NCBI GenBank assembly: GCA_039797705.1
Contig: JBDKHK010000023.1
Location: 1 to 60,472, forward strand
Reading direction: 5' to 3'
Length of the DNA stretch: 60,472 bases
Source: Bacteroidota bacterium
GTDB lineage: Bacteria > Bacteroidota > Bacteroidia > Chitinophagales > JADIYW01
Part shown: piece after piece, positions 52,564 through 60,472 of the stretch
Numbering within the stretch: position 1 is the stretch's first letter
Layout of the letters: every line of letters starts with the position of its first letter
Translations under genes and position numbers: made by a program
Notes under the pieces: model-generated
Seen by the model: the letters and a program-made list of their open reading frames with translations, nothing else
Told to the model about the DNA's origin: nothing
The model's database searches: none

Positions 52564-54411
52564 ATGTGCGGAATTGTAGGTTATATTGGTAAAAAGCAGG
52601 CCTTCCCAATTATTATTAATGGATTAAAAAGACTAGAATACCGCGGGTACGATAGTGCTGGGATTGCTTTATTAAGCGATAGCAATAAATTAAATATTTA
52701 TAAGAAAAAAGGAAAGGTTGTCAACCTAGAGGAAGAAGCCAAGGGTAATGATATTTCAGGAAATGTAGGAATCGGACACACTCGTTGGGCTACACATGGC
52801 GAAGCCAACGATGTAAATGCGCATCCTCATTTTAATACCAATGGTGATATTGCCGTTATTCATAATGGAATCATCGAAAATTATTATTCTTTAAAAGCAG
52901 AGTTGCAACAACGAGGATATGTTTTCCGCTCAGAAACAGATACAGAGGTATTAGTACACTTAATAGATGATATTTATAAAAATGCAAAAGTTGAATTATC
53001 AGAAGCAGTTCGTTTGGCATTAAATGAAGTGATTGGTGCGTATGCCATTGTTGTAATTTCTAAAAGTAATCCTGATAAATTAATAACAGCTAAATTAAGC
53101 AGCCCAATGGTAATTGGGTTTGGAGATAATGAATTATTTGTAGCCTCAGATGGCTCACCACTGATAGAACATACTAAAAAAGTTTCTTATTTAGAAGATA
53201 ATGAAATGGCTATATTGAATGTAAACGGTAGTGTAGAAGTAAGATCTATAAAAGATAATTCTGTGCATGTTCCGTACATCAATGAACTTCAATTAAAATT
53301 AGAACAGATAGAAAAAGGTGGATTTGAACATTTTATGATGAAAGAAATCCACGAACAACCATCGGCAATAAAAAATAGCATCAGAGGTAGAATAGACAGT
53401 CAGCAATTTTGGGTGAATTTAGGCGGCGTTAGAGAGTATGAGCAACGTTTTAGAAATGCACAAAAAATTACTATTGTAGCCTGTGGTACCTCATGGCATT
53501 CGGGTTTAATTGGCGAATACCTTATCGAAGAATTAGCCCGTATAAATGTAGAAGTGGAATACGCCAGTGAATTCCGCTATCGAAATCCTATCATTACAGA
53601 AAATGATGTTGTAATTGCTATTTCTCAATCTGGTGAAACTGCTGATACGCGAGCTGCATTAGAATTAGCAAAATCTAAAGGCGCATTGACTTTTGGAATT
53701 TGCAATGTAGTAGGCTCCAGCATTTCCCGCATGACAGAAGCAGGTTCTTATACGCACGCAGGGCCCGAAATCGGAGTGGCTTCCACTAAAGCATTCACTA
53801 CACAAGTAAGTATTTTAGCTTTAATAGCCTTGCAATTGGCAGAGCTGAAAGGGACTTTATCGCAATCTCAATTTCACGAATATATTACAGAATTAGAAGC
53901 ATTACCAGAAAAGATTGAAAAAATTTTGGAAGCAGATGCTTATATCCAAAAAATTGCAGAAACGTTTCAACATGCCACTAATTTCTTGTATTTAGGAAGA
54001 GGATTTAATTTTCCAGTAGCCTTAGAAGGCGCACTTAAATTGAAAGAAATTTCTTATATACATGCAGAGGGATATCCCGCAGCAGAAATGAAACACGGCC
54101 CCATCGCATTGATAGATGAAAATATGCCGGTAGTCATTTTGGCCCCTCAAACACAGCATTACGAAAAAGTTTTATCCAATGTAGAAGAAGTAAAAACACG
54201 CAAAGGACGATTAATTACGGTTGTTACAGAAGGAGATACAGAAATAGGCAAATTGGCAGAATTTGAAATTCAAATACCTTATACCGTCGAACCATTTACT
54301 CCAATATTAACGGTAATTCCATTGCAATTATTAGCCTACCATATAGCAGTTTTAAGAGGCTGCGATGTTGATCAACCCCGTAATTTAGCCAAATCTGTAA
54401 CAGTAGAATAA
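52564..54411 (+). CDS. glmS: Glutamine-fructose-6-phosphate aminotransferase
   Basis: MCGIVG, LEYRGYDSAG, GHTRWATHG, SQSGETAD, PRNLAKSVTVE. Confidence 0.99.
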   Translation: MCGIVGYIGKKQAFPIIINGLKRLEYRGYDSAGIALLSDSNKLNIYKKKGKVVNLEEEAKGNDISGNVGIGHTRWATHGEANDVNAHPHFNTNGDIAVIHNGIIENYYSLKAELQQRGYVFRSETDTEVLVHLIDDIYKNAKVELSEAVRLALNEVIGAYAIVVISKSNPDKLITAKLSSPMVIGFGDNELFVASDGSPLIEHTKKVSYLEDNEMAILNVNGSVEVRSIKDNSVHVPYINELQLKLEQIEKGGFEHFMMKEIHEQPSAIKNSIRGRIDSQQFWVNLGGVREYEQRFRNAQKITIVACGTSWHSGLIGEYLIEELARINVEVEYASEFRYRNPIITENDVVIAISQSGETADTRAALELAKSKGALTFGICNVVGSSISRMTEAGSYTHAGPEIGVASTKAFTTQVSILALIALQLAELKGTLSQSQFHEYITELEALPEKIEKILEADAYIQKIAETFQHATNFLYLGRGFNFPVALEGALKLKEISYIHAEGYPAAEMKHGPIALIDENMPVVILAPQTQHYEKVLSNVEEVKTRKGRLITVVTEGDTEIGKLAEFEIQIPYTVEPFTPILTVIPLQLLAYHIAVLRGCDVDQPRNLAKSVTVE

Positions 54412-54878
54412 TGAAAAAAATACTTGCTATATTTTTTATATTTTTTAATGTCTTTGCATTTGCTCAATCTGTTCCCTACAACGTAAATAAAAAGAAATTT
54501 CCTTTAGGTGATGAATTTGATAAAATATTGCCACAAAAATTAGGAGAATGGGAGCGTTATGCATTTCACGATTTTGTGATAGGAAGAGAAATGGGAAAAG
54601 TATTTTATACCAATCGAAAAAACAGGGTGTTTATAACCTTTGGGAAAGCATATAGTCAATTAGAATTAAGTACCGCCTGGACAAATATTTATGATGATGC
54701 CATCAGTGGTAAAAAAAATGAAATAAAACAACAAAATACCAATAGTAGTAATAAATACTTATTAATGAATGGCGAATCCGGATTTCTATTTGCATGGACA
54801 CGCAATTTCTATTATTTTTCTATCGAAGCCAAAAGCAAACAATTGGCAGATGAGTTTATGAAAGTATTTCCATATTGA
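54411..54878 (+). CDS. Hypothetical exported protein
   Basis: Signal peptide ending AFA-Q; start overlaps the glmS stop. Confidence 0.75.
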   Translation: MKKILAIFFIFFNVFAFAQSVPYNVNKKKFPLGDEFDKILPQKLGEWERYAFHDFVIGREMGKVFYTNRKNRVFITFGKAYSQLELSTAWTNIYDDAISGKKNEIKQQNTNSSNKYLLMNGESGFLFAWTRNFYYFSIEAKSKQLADEFMKVFPY

Positions 54879-54885
54879 TTTCAAT

Positions 54886-55545
54886 TTATCTCAAAAATGG
54901 ATTACTTCTTTTTTCTACTCCAATAACGGTACTTGGGCCATGCCCATTATATACCTTAGTTTCTTCATCCAAAGGCAGAAGTTGAGTTTTAATAGATTTT
55001 ATAAGCGTATCGTAATCACCACCGGGCAAATCAGTGCGACCGATACCTCCCATAAATAATACATCCCCTACTACGACATATTTTTCATCTACATTAGAAA
55101 AACAAACACTTCCAGGAGAATGTCCCGGCGTAAATAATATTTCAAAAGCAGTATCATTTCCTAATATCAATAGTTCATTTTCCGAAATAAAATAACCCGG
55201 CTCTTGTTTTTCTGGAATTTTCATTCCATACATATTGGCAGCAACCGCAGCATTTTGTAAAATAAATAATTCTTTTTGATGAATGCCCAATTCGAGATTA
55301 TATTCTGTAGCAATAAACTTATTTCCATAAATATGATCCAAATGGCAATGTGTATTTAATAACTTAACTGGCTTTAATTGATGGAGTTCAATATAATTGG
55401 TTAATTTTTTTTGTTCTTGCAATGTATAGCACCCTGGGTCTATAATCCAGCAATCTTTATTAGCATGAGAGAGGATATAAGTGTTTTCTTGAAAAGGATT
55501 GAAACAAAATGATACAACATTTGTCTTTATCTTTGCGTTATCCAT
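54886..55545 (-). CDS. MBL-fold metallo-hydrolase (glyoxalase II-like)
   Basis: THCHLDH, TPGHSPG, GD.LF, GRTDLPGG, GHG. Confidence 0.93.
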   Translation of the reverse strand: MDNAKIKTNVVSFCFNPFQENTYILSHANKDCWIIDPGCYTLQEQKKLTNYIELHQLKPVKLLNTHCHLDHIYGNKFIATEYNLELGIHQKELFILQNAAVAANMYGMKIPEKQEPGYFISENELLILGNDTAFEILFTPGHSPGSVCFSNVDEKYVVVGDVLFMGGIGRTDLPGGDYDTLIKSIKTQLLPLDEETKVYNGHGPSTVIGVEKRSNPFLR

Positions 55546-55611
55546 AAGATTTATTTACTTTGTAATGTTCAGTTAGATTATTTTTGATACACTCCAAAAG
55601 GAGAAGAGATT

Positions 55612-58600
55612 ATGACCATACCTCAAAAGTATTTTGGTAAAAATAAGCAATCTTTATTTCAAAACATTTTGAAATTATCTTTCATTTTATTTTTTGGAAA
55701 TATAGTTGGAATTTATCAATTACAAGCACAAACCACCCAAGTTCAATTTGGTCAAAATAGAGTGCAATATCATCGCTTTGACTGGCAATATTATAACACC
55801 GATAATTTTACAATTTACTTTTACCCAGGTGGGCAAGAAATAGGAAAATTTGTTTGGACAGTGGCAGAAATGAAACTGAAAGAATTAGACAAGCAAATGG
55901 ATTTTCATTTTCGTTCGCAAGTAGATATTTTAGTATATAATGACATTTCAGATTTAGCACAAACTAATATCGGGTTAGGGCAAGAAGATTATAATATTGG
56001 AGGTACAGCAATCTTGCATGATAATAAATTATTCTTGCATTATGATGGCAATCATCGCCATTTACAAAGAGATTTGCTAAAAGGATTATCGGCTTTATAC
56101 ATCCGACAAATGATGTCGGGCAGCAGCTTTGGACAAAAAATTCAAAATGCAATTTTCTTAGTGTTGCCCGAATGGTATAAAAATGGATTAGCAGCATACA
56201 TGGGCGAAACATGGAATACAGAATTGGATGCACGTTTAAAGCATTATTTGCTAACCACCAAGAAAACAGATTTTAATCGATTAGTAAATATAGACGCTGA
56301 ATTTGCGGGACATTCCTTTTGGTATATGATAAATGCAATGTATGGTAAAGATGCTATTTCCAATATATTATATGTTACGCGCGTCAATCACAGTATCAGC
56401 AAAGGATTGGCGTATGCCGTTAACCGCTCGATAGATGATTTAATGCGAGATTGGAAAGATTTTTATTCGAGTAGATACGAATTAGATAATAAAGACAGAG
56501 ACAGTACTGCTGGATTAGCAAGCATCAGATTAAAGAAAAGAAATAACAGTGAAATTGGAGACATGAAAATATCCCCTGATGGAAAATATGCAGCTTATGC
56601 AGCCTTTGACGGTGGTTTTTATAAAATCTTTTTACAAAATTTACAAACTAAAAAATCAAAAAAAATTGCCAAAGGTGGTTTCCGTTCCGATCAATATCCA
56701 TTTGATAAGTCCTATCCAATTTTGACTTGGACAAAAACAGGGCATACCTTAGCCGTCATCTCAGAGAAAAAAGATATTATACGGTTGCGTCAAATGGATT
56801 TAGATAAAAAAACCACCACAAAGAAAAATATTATTAAATTTCAAAAAATCCATGGGGCAGATTATACCAACAATCCCAATGTTTTGATAGTATCCGGACA
56901 AAATAAAGGACAAACCGATTTGTATTTATATAACGTTTCTAACGCTACCACCACGCAATTAAATAATGATTTATACGACGATTTAAATCCTGTATATATA
57001 AATTGGAATGGAACGGATGGCGTATTGTTTTCTTCCAATCGGCAAGAAGATAAATTTTATCTTGAAAATATGGATGCTATTTTGCCAACACAAACCTTAG
57101 ATTTATTTTTCTATGATTTAAATAAAAAAGGAACAGATTTAGCAAGAATAACACAAACACCCTTTGCAAACGAAAAAGCAATAGGAAATTATTCTAATCA
57201 ATACTATACATTTTTAAGTGATGAAAACGGCATATCCAATCAATACGCAGGAACATTGGATAGCATATATGTAGGAAAAGATTCTATAGAAATAACTGTA
57301 AATGAATACACCGATTCTATGCAAAGCATTAAGCAAGAAGTGGAGGTGTATAAACTACAAGGAAAGACTTTTCCTCTTTCAAATTATTCTAGAGGAATCC
57401 AACGGCTTAATGTTGCACACCAAAATAGCTATCAGTATTTTGGAGATAATAAAAAACATAAATCTCTTTTATACATCCACCCAAAAGAACAAGATACCAT
57501 CCTAAATTACAAAACATTGGGAGCATTAACAGAAACCTCATTTAGAAGATTTCATACCGAAAATATTTTAACATCCACCCCTTTGGATGCTGCCAGTAAG
57601 CCCACCTCTACTTCTACAAAAAAAGGAAAAATTACCCCCATAATTACTCAGGAAAATACAATTACTTTAGATAGTTTATACACACAACCTTCTCGATATT
57701 TTTTTGAATCTAATTATAACAACACCCTTCAACCAGATGGCACTTATTCGGAAACAGTCTTGAAAGATTCTGTCCTTCTTTCGAAAAATCCATCGGATAG
57801 TGTGCCGTCAGCATCTACAGAGGAAGAACCGCCACCCTTTTTACAAAATACACCAGTACCCGTTAGTACTGTAAATGTTGACCAAACAACAGGTCGAAAA
57901 ATTCGCATTCTGCATTATCGAGCAAAATTTACTTCCGATTATGTGGTCACACAATTGGATAATAGCATAATGACACAAAACTATCAAAGTTTCAAACAAA
58001 ATTTAGGTAGTTATAATTTCCCATATTTAGGCGGAATGATAAATTTTGGCGTAAGTGATTTAATGGAGGATCATAAAATTATTGGGGGTTTTCGAATTCC
58101 TTTTGACTTCAAAGGTTTTGAAACGTATGTGAAATATATAAACCTAAAAAAACGTATAGACAAAAGTATTTTATATTATCGCAAATCGGACAAAATTAAC
58201 TTTAACGTAAGTGACATCAACGGAAATATATTGCCATTTGTTTATTCAGGAAAAACAAGAACGAATTTTTTTGAAACAGCTTTTAGTTATCCTTTTGATA
58301 TTACTAAAAGTTTGAAATGGTCTGTGTCTTACCGAAATGAACGCTTGGATATTTCTTATACAGATGAAATTAGCCGGCAATTAAAAGACGTTAAAGAAAA
58401 TTGGCTGTCGGGCAGGTTAGAGTTTGTACAGGATAACTCCAAAGAAATTCAATTTAATATTTTAAATGGATTTAGATATAAATTATATTCCGAATTTTTT
58501 TATAATATCAATGAAAAAAAATCAGCAATTTTTAATGTTGGTTTTGACATTCGTCATTATCAAAAAATTTATAGAAATATTATTTGGGCAAATCGTTTTG

Positions 58601-59139
58601 CCGGTGCATCTTCTTTTGGACAACAAAAAATACTGTATTTTCTCGGTGGAGTTGATACTTGGTTGAATCCCAAATATGCCAATGATATTCCGATAGCCAG
58701 CAATCAAAATTATGGGCTGCAAGCACCTGTAACCAATTTGCGTGGCTTGCCTCAAAATATTCGAAACGGCAATAATTATCTATTATGGAATTCCGAATTG
58801 CGCGTACCTGTTTTTTCACTATTTGCCAAAAAACCTTTAAAGTCTGCTTTCCTTCGTGATTTTCAATTAGTAGGATTTTTCGATGCAGGCATTGCCTACA
58901 ATTTGATGAATCCATTTAATGCAAAAAATGCCTTAAGCAATGAGGTAGTAACTTCTAACAAAAATCCAATAGTAGTTACTGTAAATTATTATAGAAATCC
59001 ATTTGTGTTTGGAACGGGTGGCGGCATTAGAACCAATATATTAGGTTATTTTATTCGCTTAGACACTGGATTTGGATACGATGGATTGAGTTTTAATAAA
59101 AAACCAATTTGGCATTTCTCCCTAAGTAAAGATTTTTAA
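55612..59139 (+). CDS. Large outer-membrane protein: peptidase-like N-domain, TolB/PD40 propeller and Omp85-like beta-barrel
   Basis: Signal peptide, QFGQNRVQY, LPEWY..GLA.Y, ISPDGKY, NLRG...RNG, SELRVP, FFDAG, terminal Phe. Confidence 0.75.
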   Translation: MTIPQKYFGKNKQSLFQNILKLSFILFFGNIVGIYQLQAQTTQVQFGQNRVQYHRFDWQYYNTDNFTIYFYPGGQEIGKFVWTVAEMKLKELDKQMDFHFRSQVDILVYNDISDLAQTNIGLGQEDYNIGGTAILHDNKLFLHYDGNHRHLQRDLLKGLSALYIRQMMSGSSFGQKIQNAIFLVLPEWYKNGLAAYMGETWNTELDARLKHYLLTTKKTDFNRLVNIDAEFAGHSFWYMINAMYGKDAISNILYVTRVNHSISKGLAYAVNRSIDDLMRDWKDFYSSRYELDNKDRDSTAGLASIRLKKRNNSEIGDMKISPDGKYAAYAAFDGGFYKIFLQNLQTKKSKKIAKGGFRSDQYPFDKSYPILTWTKTGHTLAVISEKKDIIRLRQMDLDKKTTTKKNIIKFQKIHGADYTNNPNVLIVSGQNKGQTDLYLYNVSNATTTQLNNDLYDDLNPVYINWNGTDGVLFSSNRQEDKFYLENMDAILPTQTLDLFFYDLNKKGTDLARITQTPFANEKAIGNYSNQYYTFLSDENGISNQYAGTLDSIYVGKDSIEITVNEYTDSMQSIKQEVEVYKLQGKTFPLSNYSRGIQRLNVAHQNSYQYFGDNKKHKSLLYIHPKEQDTILNYKTLGALTETSFRRFHTENILTSTPLDAASKPTSTSTKKGKITPIITQENTITLDSLYTQPSRYFFESNYNNTLQPDGTYSETVLKDSVLLSKNPSDSVPSASTEEEPPPFLQNTPVPVSTVNVDQTTGRKIRILHYRAKFTSDYVVTQLDNSIMTQNYQSFKQNLGSYNFPYLGGMINFGVSDLMEDHKIIGGFRIPFDFKGFETYVKYINLKKRIDKSILYYRKSDKINFNVSDINGNILPFVYSGKTRTNFFETAFSYPFDITKSLKWSVSYRNERLDISYTDEISRQLKDVKENWLSGRLEFVQDNSKEIQFNILNGFRYKLYSEFFYNINEKKSAIFNVGFDIRHYQKIYRNIIWANRFAGASSFGQQKILYFLGGVDTWLNPKYANDIPIASNQNYGLQAPVTNLRGLPQNIRNGNNYLLWNSELRVPVFSLFAKKPLKSAFLRDFQLVGFFDAGIAYNLMNPFNAKNALSNEVVTSNKNPIVVTVNYYRNPFVFGTGGGIRTNILGYFIRLDTGFGYDGLSFNKKPIWHFSLSKDF

Positions 59140-59169
59140 TTTTGTACAATATTGTGCATCTAGTACTTG

Positions 59170-59274
59170 TAAATTGTAAATCGTAATTCATAAATCGTAA
59201 TTCTTAATTCTTAAATCTTAATTCTTAATTCGTAATTCATAAATCATAAATCTTAATTCTTAAATCATAAATCA
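59170..59274 (+). repeat. Tandem array of 15 heptamers TAA(A/T)T(C/T)N ending 3 nt before the yicC ATG
   Basis: Counted directly: 105 bp in 7-nt phase. Confidence 0.93.
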
Positions 59275-59277
59275 ACT

Positions 59278-60150
59278 ATGTTCTACTCCATGACAGGTTA
59301 CGGAAAATCTTCCATCAAATTGGGAGAAAAATCCTATATCATCGAAATAAAATCACTGAATAGCAAATCCTTAGATTTGAACTTTAGAACAGTAGCCGAG
59401 TTAAGAGGCAAAGAAATTGAGTTGCGTAAATTAATTGCTGAAAAATTGATACGAGGAAAGGTAGATATTTATTTTCATGAAGATAAATCGACCAGTGGAA
59501 ATGGAGGATTAAATTTTAATTCGATAGAAAATTATTATACCCAACTTTCTGAATTTTCTAAACGTAAAAACATTCCGATAGGAGATATTTTACCTGCCAT
59601 TTTACGATTTCAAGACATTAATAAAACAGAATTATCAGAGTTAAACGATGATGATTTTGCTGCTCTGTTTCAAGCTATTACAAAGGCATTAGACAATGTA
59701 AATCATTTTAGGCAAACGGAAGGTGCTCGCCTAAAAGAAGATTTGTTGGAAAGGATATTTCTTATTCAACAACACAAAGAACAACTAATTCCTTTTGAGG
59801 TTGAAAGAGTTTCCAGAATAAAAGACAAATTAAATCAATTGATTTCCACACAGTTTCCGGATAAAGCGATCGATAAAACACGTTTGGAAGAAGAATTAAT
59901 TTACTACATGGAGAAGATGGATATCAACGAAGAGAAAGTGAGATTAGATTCTCATATCTTATATTTTAAAGAAATATTAGAAGTCGGCAATATAGAAAAA
60001 GGCAAAAAATTAGGATTTATTGCGCAAGAAATTGGCAGAGAAATTAATACGATAGGCTCCAAATCAAATGATGCCAATATGCAAAAATTGGTCGTGCAGA
60101 TGAAAGATGAATTAGAAAAAATAAAAGAGCAAGTGCTAAATGTTGTGTAA
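59278..60150 (+). CDS. yicC: YicC/YloC family endoribonuclease
   Basis: SMTGYG, EIKSLN, RGKVD, DINEE..RL, GKKLGFIAQEIGREINTIGSK. Confidence 0.93.
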   Translation: MFYSMTGYGKSSIKLGEKSYIIEIKSLNSKSLDLNFRTVAELRGKEIELRKLIAEKLIRGKVDIYFHEDKSTSGNGGLNFNSIENYYTQLSEFSKRKNIPIGDILPAILRFQDINKTELSELNDDDFAALFQAITKALDNVNHFRQTEGARLKEDLLERIFLIQQHKEQLIPFEVERVSRIKDKLNQLISTQFPDKAIDKTRLEEELIYYMEKMDINEEKVRLDSHILYFKEILEVGNIEKGKKLGFIAQEIGREINTIGSKSNDANMQKLVVQMKDELEKIKEQVLNVV

Positions 60151-60175
60151 TGTATCGGGTAGTGGCATAACTTTA

Positions 60176-60472
60176 TTATTCATCTCCCAATAATTTCAAA
60201 TCTATGTTTTCCATGCCGGCAATGCCTTCAATAGAGCCAGAAATATGCGAGGCATTTAGCAAGATTTTTTCTAATTGTTTTTCGCGTGCTTTCCATAGTT
60301 TTTCCATGGCATTGCGCTCCGTATCGATGGATTGTTTCATAGATAAAAAGCCTTCCCGTATAGCTTTCCATTGTTCATTAAATTCGTGGCTGGTCAAATA
60401 ATCATACAATAGATGCATTTTATCACCTTTGTTTTCCTGAGATTTTGTTACGGCAAAAACTCGCAATACCGA
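60176..60472 (-). CDS. C-terminal part of a DUF2130-like protein (runs off the window)
   Basis: KM..LYDYLTS.EF...ERNAMEKLWKAREKQLEK...GSIEGIAG. Confidence 0.7.
   Translation of the reverse strand, partial: SVLRVFAVTKSQENKGDKMHLLYDYLTSHEFNEQWKAIREGFLSMKQSIDTERNAMEKLWKAREKQLEKILLNASHISGSIEGIAGMENIDLKLLGDE

Noticed and set aside
670-60401. Many short antisense or overlapping ORFs in the track (e.g. 31803-32348, 35426-36019, 38868-39251)
   Set aside because: Shadows of well-supported genes on the opposite strand, with no recognisable motifs

Overview
AT-rich Bacteroidota chromosomal segment (TAnnTTTG promoters, rpsL-rpsG-fusA-rpsJ without tuf, map between secY and infA). 315-18645 is the complete str/S10/spc/alpha ribosomal superoperon, including rpmJ at 15358-15474, which the ORF track missed. 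It is followed by housekeeping genes (carA, M42 peptidase, clpC, rnz, NtrC-type regulator, aroE, lon, an RND efflux operon, acyl-CoA dehydrogenase, panCD, glmS, an Omp85-like protein, yicC). The most unusual items are: (1) a ~1.8 kb integrase-less island at the 3' end of tRNA-Ser(GGA), bounded by a 29-bp direct repeat and carrying a frameshift-split, very basic DNA-binding-like ORF, a PIN toxin-antitoxin pair and a candidate c4/CI-like antisense RNA module; (2) a translationally coupled J-domain + HIRAN gene pair; (3) a signal-peptide-bearing leader ORF ahead of the RND operon that could be an arrest peptide; (4) a family of intergenic heptamer arrays of up to 31 units, several ending 3-4 nt before start codons. 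All family assignments come from motif recognition, not database searches.
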